Of a stretch of DNA of 32,386 nt, positions 1 through 8,921 are shown piece by piece. A program made the position numbers and the translations under genes. Numbering within the stretch: position 1 is the first letter of the stretch; each line of letters begins with the position of its first letter. This stretch comes from Candidatus Woesearchaeota archaeon (GTDB lineage Archaea > Nanobdellota > Nanobdellia > Woesearchaeales > GW2011-AR4), in the NCBI GenBank assembly GCA_016192955.1, contig JACPTD010000016.1, positions 1 to 32,386 on the forward strand, in the 5' to 3' direction. Under the pieces are notes generated by a model, which saw only the letters and a list, made by a program, of their open reading frames with translations, did no database searches and was not told the origin of the DNA.

Positions 1-1
1 C

Positions 2-1615
2 TGTCTGGTTTCAAATATACCTGTTAACCTGAATTATTGCAACCCAAGCTTAAATCAAGTATGTGTAAATGGCAACAGCTTATGCGGCGTATCAGCTGTT
101 CAACAGCCTTCTTGCACTGACACTGACAATGGTTTGAATTATAATGTTAGAGGCACTGTTACACAAGGAAGTTTAAGCTACACAGACTATTGCGAACTTG
201 GCAACAATCTATTTGAAGGTTATTGTGCAGCTAATGGCAGCATAATAACAAACTACCTGTATGTATGCCCAAATGGTTGCAGCGATGGCGCGTGCTTGAG
301 TGCGACACCTGTAATAAATCAAACTAGTCAAACGCCACCGCTTCCAGATTTGATAGTCTTAAATATTTCCATTACACCTTCTAATCCAACAAATCAAGAT
401 AGAGTAACATATAGAATAACTGTTAAAAATATTGGAACAGCCGCTTCAGGAATATCCACGTTATGGTTTAATAATTCACGAGTGATTGGAAGATTATTTC
501 CTGATAGTATTGCGCCTGGTTCCACCTATACGACAGTTGATCTGGGAGGGAGTAGTTTAGCAGGAACGAGAACTATTACTGTAATAGCTGATGCAGACAA
601 TACAATTCCAGAGTTAAATGAAAACAACAATGTGTTAGTTAAAACCTATACAGTGGCACAAGCACCTCCAGCCCTTAACGTACCAGATAATATACGAATA
701 ACAACGAGTGCGGAACTTAGAAGTGCACCTTTTATCTACGGTAACTATATTGTATGGCGTGACTTTAGAGATGGCAACTACGAAATTTATATGTACGATT
801 TGTCAACCAACCAGGAAAGGCGGCTGATAACAGGTACAATAATCCAATCTGTTGCCAGTATATACGAGAATAATATCTTACTGCAGCGCTTAAATAATAC
901 CAACAATAGTATTTATCTATACGACCTATCCACAAACCAGGAAAGGCGTATAACACTTGGCAATCATGACCACCGTTCTCCTTATATTTACGGTAATAAA
1001 ATTCTTTGGGAGGATTACAGAAAATTTGACTATAGGCTTGGGGGCATAAAAAATACAGACATCTACATGTATGACTTGTCAACAAACCAGGAAAGGCAGA
1101 TAACAACAAATCCTTTAGGCCAATATTACCCCCATATATACGGTGATAAGATAGTATGGTATGACCTAGTAGATGTAATAAATTCAATTTATGACATCTA
1201 CATGTACGATTTGTCAACCAACCAGGAAAGGCGGATAATAGCAAGGACAGGGTCGTCTCCTTCCATCTACGGTGATAAGATAGTATGGTCTGACAACAGA
1301 AATGGTATCCTGAATTCCGACATATACATGTATGACCTGTCAACAAACCAGGAAAGGCAGATAACAACAAATAATGCGGGCCAGGGTGGTGCCATTATAT
1401 ATGCTGATAAGATTGTATGGACAGACAATAGAAATGGCAACTACGACATATACATGTATGACCTGTCAACAAACCAGGAAAGGCAGATAACAACGGATGC
1501 AGCAGCTCAAGTTAGCCCTTCTATCTACGGCAATAAAATTGTATGGGCGGATAGTAGAAACGGTCACACTTTGCCTTTCTGGAAATATGATATTTACATG
1601 GCAACAATCTCCTAA
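2..1615 (+). CDS. Cell-surface protein, 5'-truncated: Cys-rich CxDTDxG repeat, CARDB domain and TIGR04275-like beta-propeller repeats
   Basis: The frame is open from position 2 (CLVSN...SCTDTDNGLNY), so the start lies outside the window. Cys motif YTDYC...CPNGCSDGAC; CARDB signature PDLIV...VKNIG...ADADNTIPELNENNN; six YDLSTNQER repeats plus a terminal DIYM blade. Confidence 0.85.
   Translation, partial: CLVSNIPVNLNYCNPSLNQVCVNGNSLCGVSAVQQPSCTDTDNGLNYNVRGTVTQGSLSYTDYCELGNNLFEGYCAANGSIITNYLYVCPNGCSDGACLSATPVINQTSQTPPLPDLIVLNISITPSNPTNQDRVTYRITVKNIGTAASGISTLWFNNSRVIGRLFPDSIAPGSTYTTVDLGGSSLAGTRTITVIADADNTIPELNENNNVLVKTYTVAQAPPALNVPDNIRITTSAELRSAPFIYGNYIVWRDFRDGNYEIYMYDLSTNQERRLITGTIIQSVASIYENNILLQRLNNTNNSIYLYDLSTNQERRITLGNHDHRSPYIYGNKILWEDYRKFDYRLGGIKNTDIYMYDLSTNQERQITTNPLGQYYPHIYGDKIVWYDLVDVINSIYDIYMYDLSTNQERRIIARTGSSPSIYGDKIVWSDNRNGILNSDIYMYDLSTNQERQITTNNAGQGGAIIYADKIVWTDNRNGNYDIYMYDLSTNQERQITTDAAAQVSPSIYGNKIVWADSRNGHTLPFWKYDIYMATIS
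1318..1494 (+). repeat. Identical 51-nt intragenic direct repeats (1318-1368 and 1444-1494)
   Basis: CGACATATACATGTATGACCTGTCAACAAACCAGGAAAGGCAGATAACAAC occurs twice, with near-copies at about 790, 920, 1059 and 1193. Confidence 0.9.
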
Positions 1616-1690
1616 ATAATTTTTATTAACGGATAATACGAAAAATTTATATCCACACTCTTTACTTAATTCTTTAAAAAGAGGCATTAT

Positions 1691-1732
1691 AGCAAATCAC
1701 ACAAATATTTGAGCATAAAAATGTGATTTGCT
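1691..1732. repeat. Inverted repeat, 11-bp arms and 20-nt spacer; possible diverged copy of palindromic module A
   Basis: AGCAAATCACA (1691-1701) / TGTGATTTGCT (1722-1732). The interior CACACAAATATTTGAGCATA resembles CACAAAAATAATTGGGTATA at 21175. Confidence 0.65.
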
Positions 1733-1781
1733 TATTACGAACGAGCAGGTATTGCTCAATTAATTATGCGAGTGAGTATAG

Positions 1782-2874
1782 ATGAATTCTAAATCCCAAG
1801 CATGGTATATGGACTTTGCAATAGGGTTGTTGCTTTTTACATTCACTTTGGTTGTTTATTTCAGCTATACCAATAATTTTCAAAGGCAGGAAAAGGACAA
1901 CCTTGACGTCCTGCTAAATGACGCAAAAGCAGTGTCAACTTCCCTTGCCCTGCCAGGCTACCCTCTGGACTGGAATAATGACACTGTGCTGAGGATAGGC
2001 ATATCAAACGATCAGGAAATCAACGCGACAAAAGTAAAGCAATTCAAGCAGTATAACTATACAATGAGCAAGGCAAAGTTTGGCACGCAGTATGATTATG
2101 TTGTGTTTTTTACAAACGACAAGGGCGAGGTTTTAAACATAAACAGCGTATGTGCTGTTGGCTACCCGCTTGTTAATGCAAGCTACAACATCAAAGCGGC
2201 TTATTATTATCAGGATCCTTCTGATTCTTTCCTAAAGGATTTTATGAACAATACTCTTAATGCTGATATTTATTTTAAAAACGAGAATAATGACATTTAT
2301 AAGCTGGAAGGCTTAATGAGCAACATAAGCAAATACAGCCTAATAGTGTTCGAGCATCCTTTGCTGAGCGGCGGAGACTACAATGAATACTATAGGGAAC
2401 TCAATAATTACACGGCAAGCGGCGGATTTTTTTTAATCAGCGGGGAACTGGCAACAAGCCAAGGAAGAGTTCTTATCTTTAAATGTTAAGGATGAGATTA
2501 CATTCAACCAGTATTATTATGTGACAAACAGCACATCGCTTCCTATAGAAGAAGACCCGGATGATGATGATTACAACCCATTTCCTGCAGCTGAATTCAA
2601 GCTAATTGCCTCATTTAACAAGACTCCGGAGGATTATGCAATCGCCACATGGCATTATGGCAATGGAACTGCATATTTTTTCAGCGATTTCGATGTTACA
2701 GAATTTTCCGGAAATTTTTTACAGGTTGTGGAGGGATTGGCAACAAGCTTTATCGAAGGCACGTGCAATCCCATCAATGCCTCTGTTATAAACAAGAAAA
2801 AGCTTGTCAAGACCGAGCGCTATTTGAATTATAAGTCAAAAATCGCCAAGATGGTGGTTTATTTATGGCAATGA
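1782..2874 (+). pseudogene. Minor pilin-like protein with class III signal peptide, split into two frames (1782-2489 and about 2461-2874)
   Basis: N-terminus MNSKS-QAWYMDF plus a hydrophobic helix. The +1 frame reads KEEFLSLNVKDEITFNQYYYVTN from 2461 and ends ERYLNY...KMVVYLWQ, a beta-strand end like that of the next pilin-like gene. The break may be an assembly artefact. Confidence 0.7.
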
Positions 2875-5621
2875 AAAAAGGGATATTTTTCACTATCGAT
2901 GCTTTGCTTGCATCAGGCATTATCATAATTGCAATTTTGCTTATTTCAAATTTTTACTCTGTGGAGCAGCAAAAAGCCAATGTGAACTACGCTTCCCAGG
3001 ACTTGGTCAGGGTTTTTTCAACAATGACTGTCGGCGAGTCAGACAATGAATACGCAAGGGCGCTGATTGCGCAGGGACAGGTAACAAACATTAACAACAC
3101 AATATTTGAGCAGGTTGGGGATTTCTGGGCGAACAACGACATAGTGCTTGCAAAAAACCTGATAACAAACCTCAGCGATGCCATAATCCCAGGCAATTAC
3201 GGCTTCAGCGTGCTTGTAAACGGGGAGGAAATCTACTCAAGGAACATCCCTGTAAAAAGGGTGCTTGTTTCGTCAAGAAAAATAGTAAGCGGCATAGCAA
3301 AGGCAAAGCCTACAGAAGGGTTTACCGCAAGGGCTTTGCTGAGCGGGATAAAAAGCAAGAAGACAAACGCTTATGCTTACTTCGGAGGCTATGAAGGCGA
3401 TGGCAATTTAACAAAAAAACTGACTTTGCCGAATGATGTGATTTCTTTCAACAGCTCTTATCTTGAGGTTGATGCCGGCGGGAATTTCAACCTTTATATT
3501 AATGGATTTTTTTCAGGCAGCTACGCAAAAGGCTCAGGCGGCGGTGGCGATATGCGCGCTGACAAGTGGAATTTAAGCGATGATTATCTTGCAAATTTCA
3601 GAGCAGGGGAAAATAAGATAAACATAAATTTCACATCAGGCGGCAGCTATATTGCAGGCGGATTTTTGAGAGTGGCTTACATCACTTCTTCCCTTAATGA
3701 CACGCAGACTCCTGGCTATGAAAAATACATGTTTCCCGGCATTGAAGGGACTATAAACCTGTACTCGTCAGTTTATGTGCCAAACTCATTAAACGATATG
3801 AGCGTATTTCTCAATTATTCAAGCAATTACACAATGTTCCTGAGGCTTGGAAACACGACAATATACGAGAATAACACAAATGGCACAAAAACAGAGATAA
3901 CCTTGGCAAACTCAACATTGAGGGATTTGATTGACTATTCAATATTCAACCAAAATACCATTCCATTGAGAATGGGCTTGGCAAATGCAACAAGCCTCAG
4001 CGGAACAGCAGACGCTGTGCTGGTCAGCGATGTGAGCGGGAGCATGGAGTTTTGCTCGCAGACAAGCAGTTGGAGCGGTCCTTTTTCTCAAGGTTATTCT
4101 CCAACAAGAGGGTGTATATACAATGGTATGTGGCGTGGTAATGAGTTATGGTATTGGGTTTACTACAATGGAAACCCAACAGGTTACGCAGAAGCAAATC
4201 AAACAAACTGGAATAATGGATTGAACGATTTATGTGGATGCAGATGGAATACAAATTGTGGGACTGACGTTACTAAATTATCAATCTACAAAACTGCTGC
4301 TGATAATTTTGTTAACATTTCCTTGAATATAACCGGAAATAAGGTAGGCCTAGTTGATTTTAGCGAAACAAATCCGTGGCCGGTTTATATAAACACCTGT
4401 TCAAGACGTTCTTCCACCACAACAATCTTTCCAGATTCAATTGCAAGAACAAGTGACTTAACAAACAGCAAATCTCAGATAAGCGACATGATTAATGCAA
4501 CAGAAAGTTGGTGGGGAACTTGCACATGCTGCGGGATAAATAAAGCTGTTGAAATGCTAAACTCTCAGAGTGGTAGCCAAAGAGAAAAATACATAATTCT
4601 AATGAGCGATGGTGAAGCAAATGTACAATGTTCACAACAGTCAAACGGCACAGCAATCAGGGATGCTGTCCAATCAGCATGGGACGCATGCAACCAAGGG
4701 ATTAGCGTTTATTCCATCGCTTTCGGTGCTGACGCAGACACTGCTACAATGCAGAGGATGAACTGCAGCGGAGGAAGATATTATAATGCAGTTGATGCGT
4801 CTAATCTTCAACAAGCTTATAATGAGATCGCAGGCGAGATTAACAAATTAAGCTATAATGAACAAACCATTAATACTTCGAATTTAGCAAAATCTTTTGT
4901 CCATCCAAGCTCCTACATAGAATTTAACTACACGGCTTCAGATACACAATTCAACAAGTTGCCTTTATCTTTTGAGACCGACAGGTTTGAGAACAACATT
5001 TCGACTGGAACATTGACAATTTATGCAAATACTTCTGTTTTAGATGCAAAAGTAACCTCTTACTCAGGAAGCAAATGGACTGACAATTTGGTTGTCAATA
5101 GCAACACTATTTACAGATTAAGCGATTACGGAGATGATTACCAAATCCTAGGCGATCCATTTGCAGTAAACATTCCAATAAGCAGCATAAACCAAGGAGC
5201 AAACAGCATAACAATAAGCACAGGATTAAACTCAACATACACAACAAACGGCTCAAGCGATGATAGGGTTATCTACACATTATTATTGAATGGGTTTTCT
5301 GATTACAGCGCTGTTGTCGCCAAGTCTGACGGATGCTCGTGGAATGTGGCTTTTGAAGACGAGACATTCTCAACAATAAAAATTCCCGCAGGATACGCTG
5401 GAAGCGATGCTTGCAGCTATACGAGCGCAACAAAAACTTACGATTCAAATGACGCCTTAGACAGCACGGTTTATCAATTGTTCAATAACTTAGACCTTGA
5501 CAAGGACGGAAAGCTCGAGGTAAAAATAGACGAGAACAGCCTTGATTTCAGCACTTTGACAATATCAAAAGTCCCTTCATTGTGGGGGCCTGCAATAATA
5601 GAGATAAGGGTGTGGGAGTAA
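2871..5621 (+). CDS. Large minor pilin / putative tip adhesin with a von Willebrand A domain
   Basis: Class III-like signal MKKG-IFFTIDA plus a hydrophobic helix. MIDAS DVSGS, GTCTCCGI and LMSDGEAN motifs. ATG 2871 overlaps the upstream TGA (ATGA coupling). Confidence 0.85.
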   Translation: MKKGIFFTIDALLASGIIIIAILLISNFYSVEQQKANVNYASQDLVRVFSTMTVGESDNEYARALIAQGQVTNINNTIFEQVGDFWANNDIVLAKNLITNLSDAIIPGNYGFSVLVNGEEIYSRNIPVKRVLVSSRKIVSGIAKAKPTEGFTARALLSGIKSKKTNAYAYFGGYEGDGNLTKKLTLPNDVISFNSSYLEVDAGGNFNLYINGFFSGSYAKGSGGGGDMRADKWNLSDDYLANFRAGENKININFTSGGSYIAGGFLRVAYITSSLNDTQTPGYEKYMFPGIEGTINLYSSVYVPNSLNDMSVFLNYSSNYTMFLRLGNTTIYENNTNGTKTEITLANSTLRDLIDYSIFNQNTIPLRMGLANATSLSGTADAVLVSDVSGSMEFCSQTSSWSGPFSQGYSPTRGCIYNGMWRGNELWYWVYYNGNPTGYAEANQTNWNNGLNDLCGCRWNTNCGTDVTKLSIYKTAADNFVNISLNITGNKVGLVDFSETNPWPVYINTCSRRSSTTTIFPDSIARTSDLTNSKSQISDMINATESWWGTCTCCGINKAVEMLNSQSGSQREKYIILMSDGEANVQCSQQSNGTAIRDAVQSAWDACNQGISVYSIAFGADADTATMQRMNCSGGRYYNAVDASNLQQAYNEIAGEINKLSYNEQTINTSNLAKSFVHPSSYIEFNYTASDTQFNKLPLSFETDRFENNISTGTLTIYANTSVLDAKVTSYSGSKWTDNLVVNSNTIYRLSDYGDDYQILGDPFAVNIPISSINQGANSITISTGLNSTYTTNGSSDDRVIYTLLLNGFSDYSAVVAKSDGCSWNVAFEDETFSTIKIPAGYAGSDACSYTSATKTYDSNDALDSTVYQLFNNLDLDKDGKLEVKIDENSLDFSTLTISKVPSLWGPAIIEIRVWE

Positions 5622-5622
5622 G

Positions 5623-5654
5623 AAGATTTAAATAGTACCTGTATGTATAGTACT
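5623..5654 (+). promoter_or_regulatory. BRE/TATA promoter with putative operator for the TA pair
   Basis: AAGATTTAAATA (5623-5634), then inverted repeat AGTAC (5634-5638) / GTACT (5650-5654). Confidence 0.55.
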
Positions 5655-5659
5655 TATGG

Positions 5660-5869
5660 GTGTTACATTTGGCTATTAAATACAGCAAACATGCCAGAGA
5701 GCAGATGGTTGCCAGAGGCGTATCGGAAAAAGAGATTGAAGACGGCATCAATAGGGGCTCCAAAGAACTTCAAAAGCCAAATAAGATTTTATCGTATTAT
5801 AAGTATTATTGTGTTGTGTACAAAAAAATAGGAAAGGATATTTATGTCATAACTGTTAAACCAAGGTGA
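5660..5869 (+). CDS. DUF4258 / RelE-like toxin (start GTG 5660 or TTG 5669)
   Basis: Small basic protein with YSKHAREQMVARGVSEKEIE and terminal IYVITV, typical of DUF4258. Its stop lies within the GGTGA RBS of the next gene. Confidence 0.75.
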   Translation: MLHLAIKYSKHAREQMVARGVSEKEIEDGINRGSKELQKPNKILSYYKYYCVVYKKIGKDIYVITVKPR

Positions 5870-5875
5870 TGAGAA

Positions 5876-6202
5876 ATGAGATGCCCGGTTTGTGAAAAAG
5901 GGACTTTAAAAAAAGGAAATATTGAGGAAACCATGTTTGGCGTGTACTTGGGCAAGTTTCCTGCGGAAATATGCAATAAATGCAATGAGTCTTTTACGGA
6001 CCAGAAAACCACAGGAGCAATACAAGAAGCGGCCAAGAAAAAGGGAATATGGAACTTAGGGAAAAAGACTAAGATAACAAAAACAGGGAATTCTTTGGCT
6101 GTTAGGATACCAAAAGAGATTGCAAATTTCCTGAAGTTAGAAGAAGGCAATGAAGCTTATATACACCCAGACAAGGGTAAGTTAATTGTAGAGTCCATTT
6201 AA
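5876..6202 (+). CDS. Antitoxin-like protein: YgiT-type zinc finger fused to an AbrB/MazE/SpoVT DNA-binding domain
   Basis: CPVC...CNKCNE zinc ribbon, then KITKTGNSLAVRIPKEIANFLKLEEG, an AbrB-fold signature. Confidence 0.85.
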   Translation: MRCPVCEKGTLKKGNIEETMFGVYLGKFPAEICNKCNESFTDQKTTGAIQEAAKKKGIWNLGKKTKITKTGNSLAVRIPKEIANFLKLEEGNEAYIHPDKGKLIVESI

Positions 6203-6251
6203 ATAGAGAGCCTCTCTTGATAACGAAATCGAAAGGCTTTCACAATTTAAC

Positions 6252-7211
6252 ATGCTAAAAAAAAGGGGCATTTTTTACACAATATCCGCAATCGCCTTGA
6301 CAATAGTCATAATCACAACTTACAGCGCCTATACAACATACAGGCTAAGCGATAAGATGGAAGTGATAGGCACAAGGATTGAAACAGTTAATTTTTTCAT
6401 AAAAGACGTTGAAAGGGACATAAACAAAGGAGCTTCGATTGCAACATTCAGGACTTTATTGAGCTTTAACCAGTTCATTGCAAATAATGGAAGCTTCATT
6501 GACAATGTAAATGACAGGTTTAAAGAGTCATTTTTAAATGGCACTATAAAACAGCAGCCATTAAGCTTGATGAAAGACTCAACTTTCACTGACTGGGCTG
6601 ACAAGATTTCTGCAGAAGCTGACAAAATCGATATAAAATTCAATTTCACAATAAATGATGTTAAGATAAACCACACAGCCCCTTGGAGTGTGACTGTTGG
6701 AGTAAATTTAACACTTGATGTAAGAGATAAACGGAATACCAGTTATTGGGTGCGGGAAAGGTATCTGGCTAATACAATCAGCATTCTGGATTTTGAAGAC
6801 CCTCTTTATATTGTCAACAGCAAGGGAAGAGTTACAAATACAATAGTCAAGTCTAATATAACCCAGTTTTTTGTTGAAGGAAAAGTTGACAATTTATTGT
6901 TTCATATGAACAATTCTTATTACATAGCGCATGATGACAGCCCAAGCTTTTTAATGAGATTTGAAGGAAATCTTGGAAATTCAACTTATGGAATTGAAAG
7001 CCTTGTCAATCTTGCTGAATTCCAAGAACAAGGGTTGCAATTAAAGGATAGAAGCATTGTTGATTACATTTATTTTGGAACTAAGCCAACAACAAATTTT
7101 AGGATAAATAACACTCCAGAATGGTTTAAGATAGACGGAAGCTTGCCTGCGCCTGGTGTTGACAAAGGAGAGCATCTAGATGTTTATCAGGTTAGGAATA
7201 TAACTATTTAA
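6252..7211 (+). CDS. Minor pilin-like protein with class III signal peptide
   Basis: MLKKRG-IFYTISA plus a hydrophobic helix; many N-x-S/T sequons; lies in the pilus cluster. Confidence 0.7.
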   Translation: MLKKRGIFYTISAIALTIVIITTYSAYTTYRLSDKMEVIGTRIETVNFFIKDVERDINKGASIATFRTLLSFNQFIANNGSFIDNVNDRFKESFLNGTIKQQPLSLMKDSTFTDWADKISAEADKIDIKFNFTINDVKINHTAPWSVTVGVNLTLDVRDKRNTSYWVRERYLANTISILDFEDPLYIVNSKGRVTNTIVKSNITQFFVEGKVDNLLFHMNNSYYIAHDDSPSFLMRFEGNLGNSTYGIESLVNLAEFQEQGLQLKDRSIVDYIYFGTKPTTNFRINNTPEWFKIDGSLPAPGVDKGEHLDVYQVRNITI

Positions 7212-7212
7212 G

Positions 7213-8799
7213 TTAGATGCCTCCAGGTGGTGGAGGGGGTGGAGGGGGCGGTGGAGCGCCGCCATCATCTCCTGACGTGCCTGTGCCTGATCCGTCTGGA
7301 GCGACTGTTACATTAACCCTTGCGGTAGCAGGATTGCTTGTTGCTCCTGACCAATCAACTGCAATAGCCCCTACCTCATATATTCCGGAATTTAGGAATC
7401 TTATCCTTGGCTCAAAAGAACCAGGGTTTGAATTTGTTATAGAAAAGGTGCTAGGCGCTGGACCTCCTAACAGAGTTCTAATGGTAACTTGTACATCCTT
7501 AATGTCTATGATTCCATCGGGGTCCGTACAGCTATATGAAGGAACGAAAGTACCGGGACCCATATTATATATTCCAGAACTAGTTGTTGGATTTACAGTC
7601 CTGCAAACAGGGGCTGAATTAGGAACTATGATCATGCCATATAGCTGCTCCGGGACTCCACTAGTCAATCTTACCGCCCCTAGTGGATAAACCTTTGAAT
7701 CAGTCGGAACAAATGTTGCAATTCCGTTATTCAAGGAAGTGTCTAAAGGCCCATGTGTCAACAAAAAGGTACTCATTGGACTATCATTATGGAAACTAAA
7801 AGTACAAAGCTGATATTTTCGGCATACTGCGGTGGTCGAACTTGCTCTTGGAAAACTACCATCTGCAAGTCCCAGTGACAGCAGCCCTTCCAGCCCATCA
7901 GGATTGTTCTGCCCTGTTTGATTGCTTGAAGTGATTTGCATACCAGGAATTCTGACTCCTCTATTGAATTGTACGCTTAAGTCCAAATCTAAGGTTCTTA
8001 ACACAACAGGTTCATTAAATAATAGCTTTCTTTCTACGCTACCTGGACCGTATACTGGTATTTCACCTATATCGCTATGAAATCCTTCAGCGCGAAGTAT
8101 TCTGACTCCATTTTGATCTACCAATCCTTCCAAGCGAGCAACTGGAAATCCAAACACCTCTTCAGCCAAACTTGTGACGTCAGCTATGTACTGATGATTT
8201 TTTCCATCCAGCATGTGCATCCTGCCAAATCTATCAGCTACAAAAATTCTATAATAATCGGTGCCGTTAAGATTAATCTTTAGTTTTCCTACACTTGCAC
8301 CCTCAGAACCAATCTTTCTAGCAATATAAGGTCCTACGTCTATTCCATCAGCATCCTGTCCATATAATAAAGTCCTAATTGTCGGATTTCCATTATTATC
8401 CGGTACAACGCTTCTAACTAAATAATAAGGTGAATCCCTGCCTTTTAATCCTAATTCTGTTACAGCAAAAGGTATTTTTCCGCCTTCAGTGAATCGCCTT
8501 GTTAGTTCTGGATTGGTCTGTGCAGGCATATTTCCATAAACCTCCCGCACCACAACCGGGCTTGTTTGCTGCGCATATGTGCTGTTTGCCCAGATACCCT
8601 CTACTATTCCTGTCAATCCAACGCTACCGAGAAAACTAGCCAATGCTCTTTGCCATTTAGTATGACTGGAACCTCCCTCCCCGAACACGTGTTGTAGATA
8701 GAAGTATGCACCTATAGTTGCATGCTTTATTCCAGGAGGTAAGTTTCTTGGATCTGCTATTCTTGAATAAGCATCTAGAACCTTGTTTACTATTGTCAT
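7213..8799 (-). CDS. Hypothetical secreted protein with a C-terminal Ig/PKD-like domain and a P10 polyproline tail
   Basis: 528-aa ORF with a hydrophobic segment ending TYA-QQ. NSAPVC...SCTDPDG...GIYEVGAIAVDWSGATS resembles Ig-like/PKD domains. Ends GGAPPPPPPPPPPGGI. Minus-strand TATA (GAAAGGTTTAAATAT) at 8821-8835. Confidence 0.7.
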   Translation of the reverse strand: MTIVNKVLDAYSRIADPRNLPPGIKHATIGAYFYLQHVFGEGGSSHTKWQRALASFLGSVGLTGIVEGIWANSTYAQQTSPVVVREVYGNMPAQTNPELTRRFTEGGKIPFAVTELGLKGRDSPYYLVRSVVPDNNGNPTIRTLLYGQDADGIDVGPYIARKIGSEGASVGKLKINLNGTDYYRIFVADRFGRMHMLDGKNHQYIADVTSLAEEVFGFPVARLEGLVDQNGVRILRAEGFHSDIGEIPVYGPGSVERKLLFNEPVVLRTLDLDLSVQFNRGVRIPGMQITSSNQTGQNNPDGLEGLLSLGLADGSFPRASSTTAVCRKYQLCTFSFHNDSPMSTFLLTHGPLDTSLNNGIATFVPTDSKVYPLGAVRLTSGVPEQLYGMIIVPNSAPVCRTVNPTTSSGIYNMGPGTFVPSYSCTDPDGIIDIKDVQVTIRTLLGGPAPSTFSITNSNPGSFEPRIRFLNSGIYEVGAIAVDWSGATSNPATARVNVTVAPDGSGTGTSGDDGGAPPPPPPPPPPGGI

Positions 8800-8921
8800 A
8801 ACCTAAACAAACAAATATCAATATTTAAACCTTTCTATCTAACTCACTTGAAAGTAGTAAGAAAAGATTTCAATTTTAAAACATAACATTTTTAAACAAG
8901 CAAAAACAAAAATTCATCAGG

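Noticed and set aside
780-1500. Regularly spaced direct repeats resembling a CRISPR array
   Set aside because: They lie in frame within a CDS, encode propeller blades, have a period of about 125-140 nt, and no cas genes are present.
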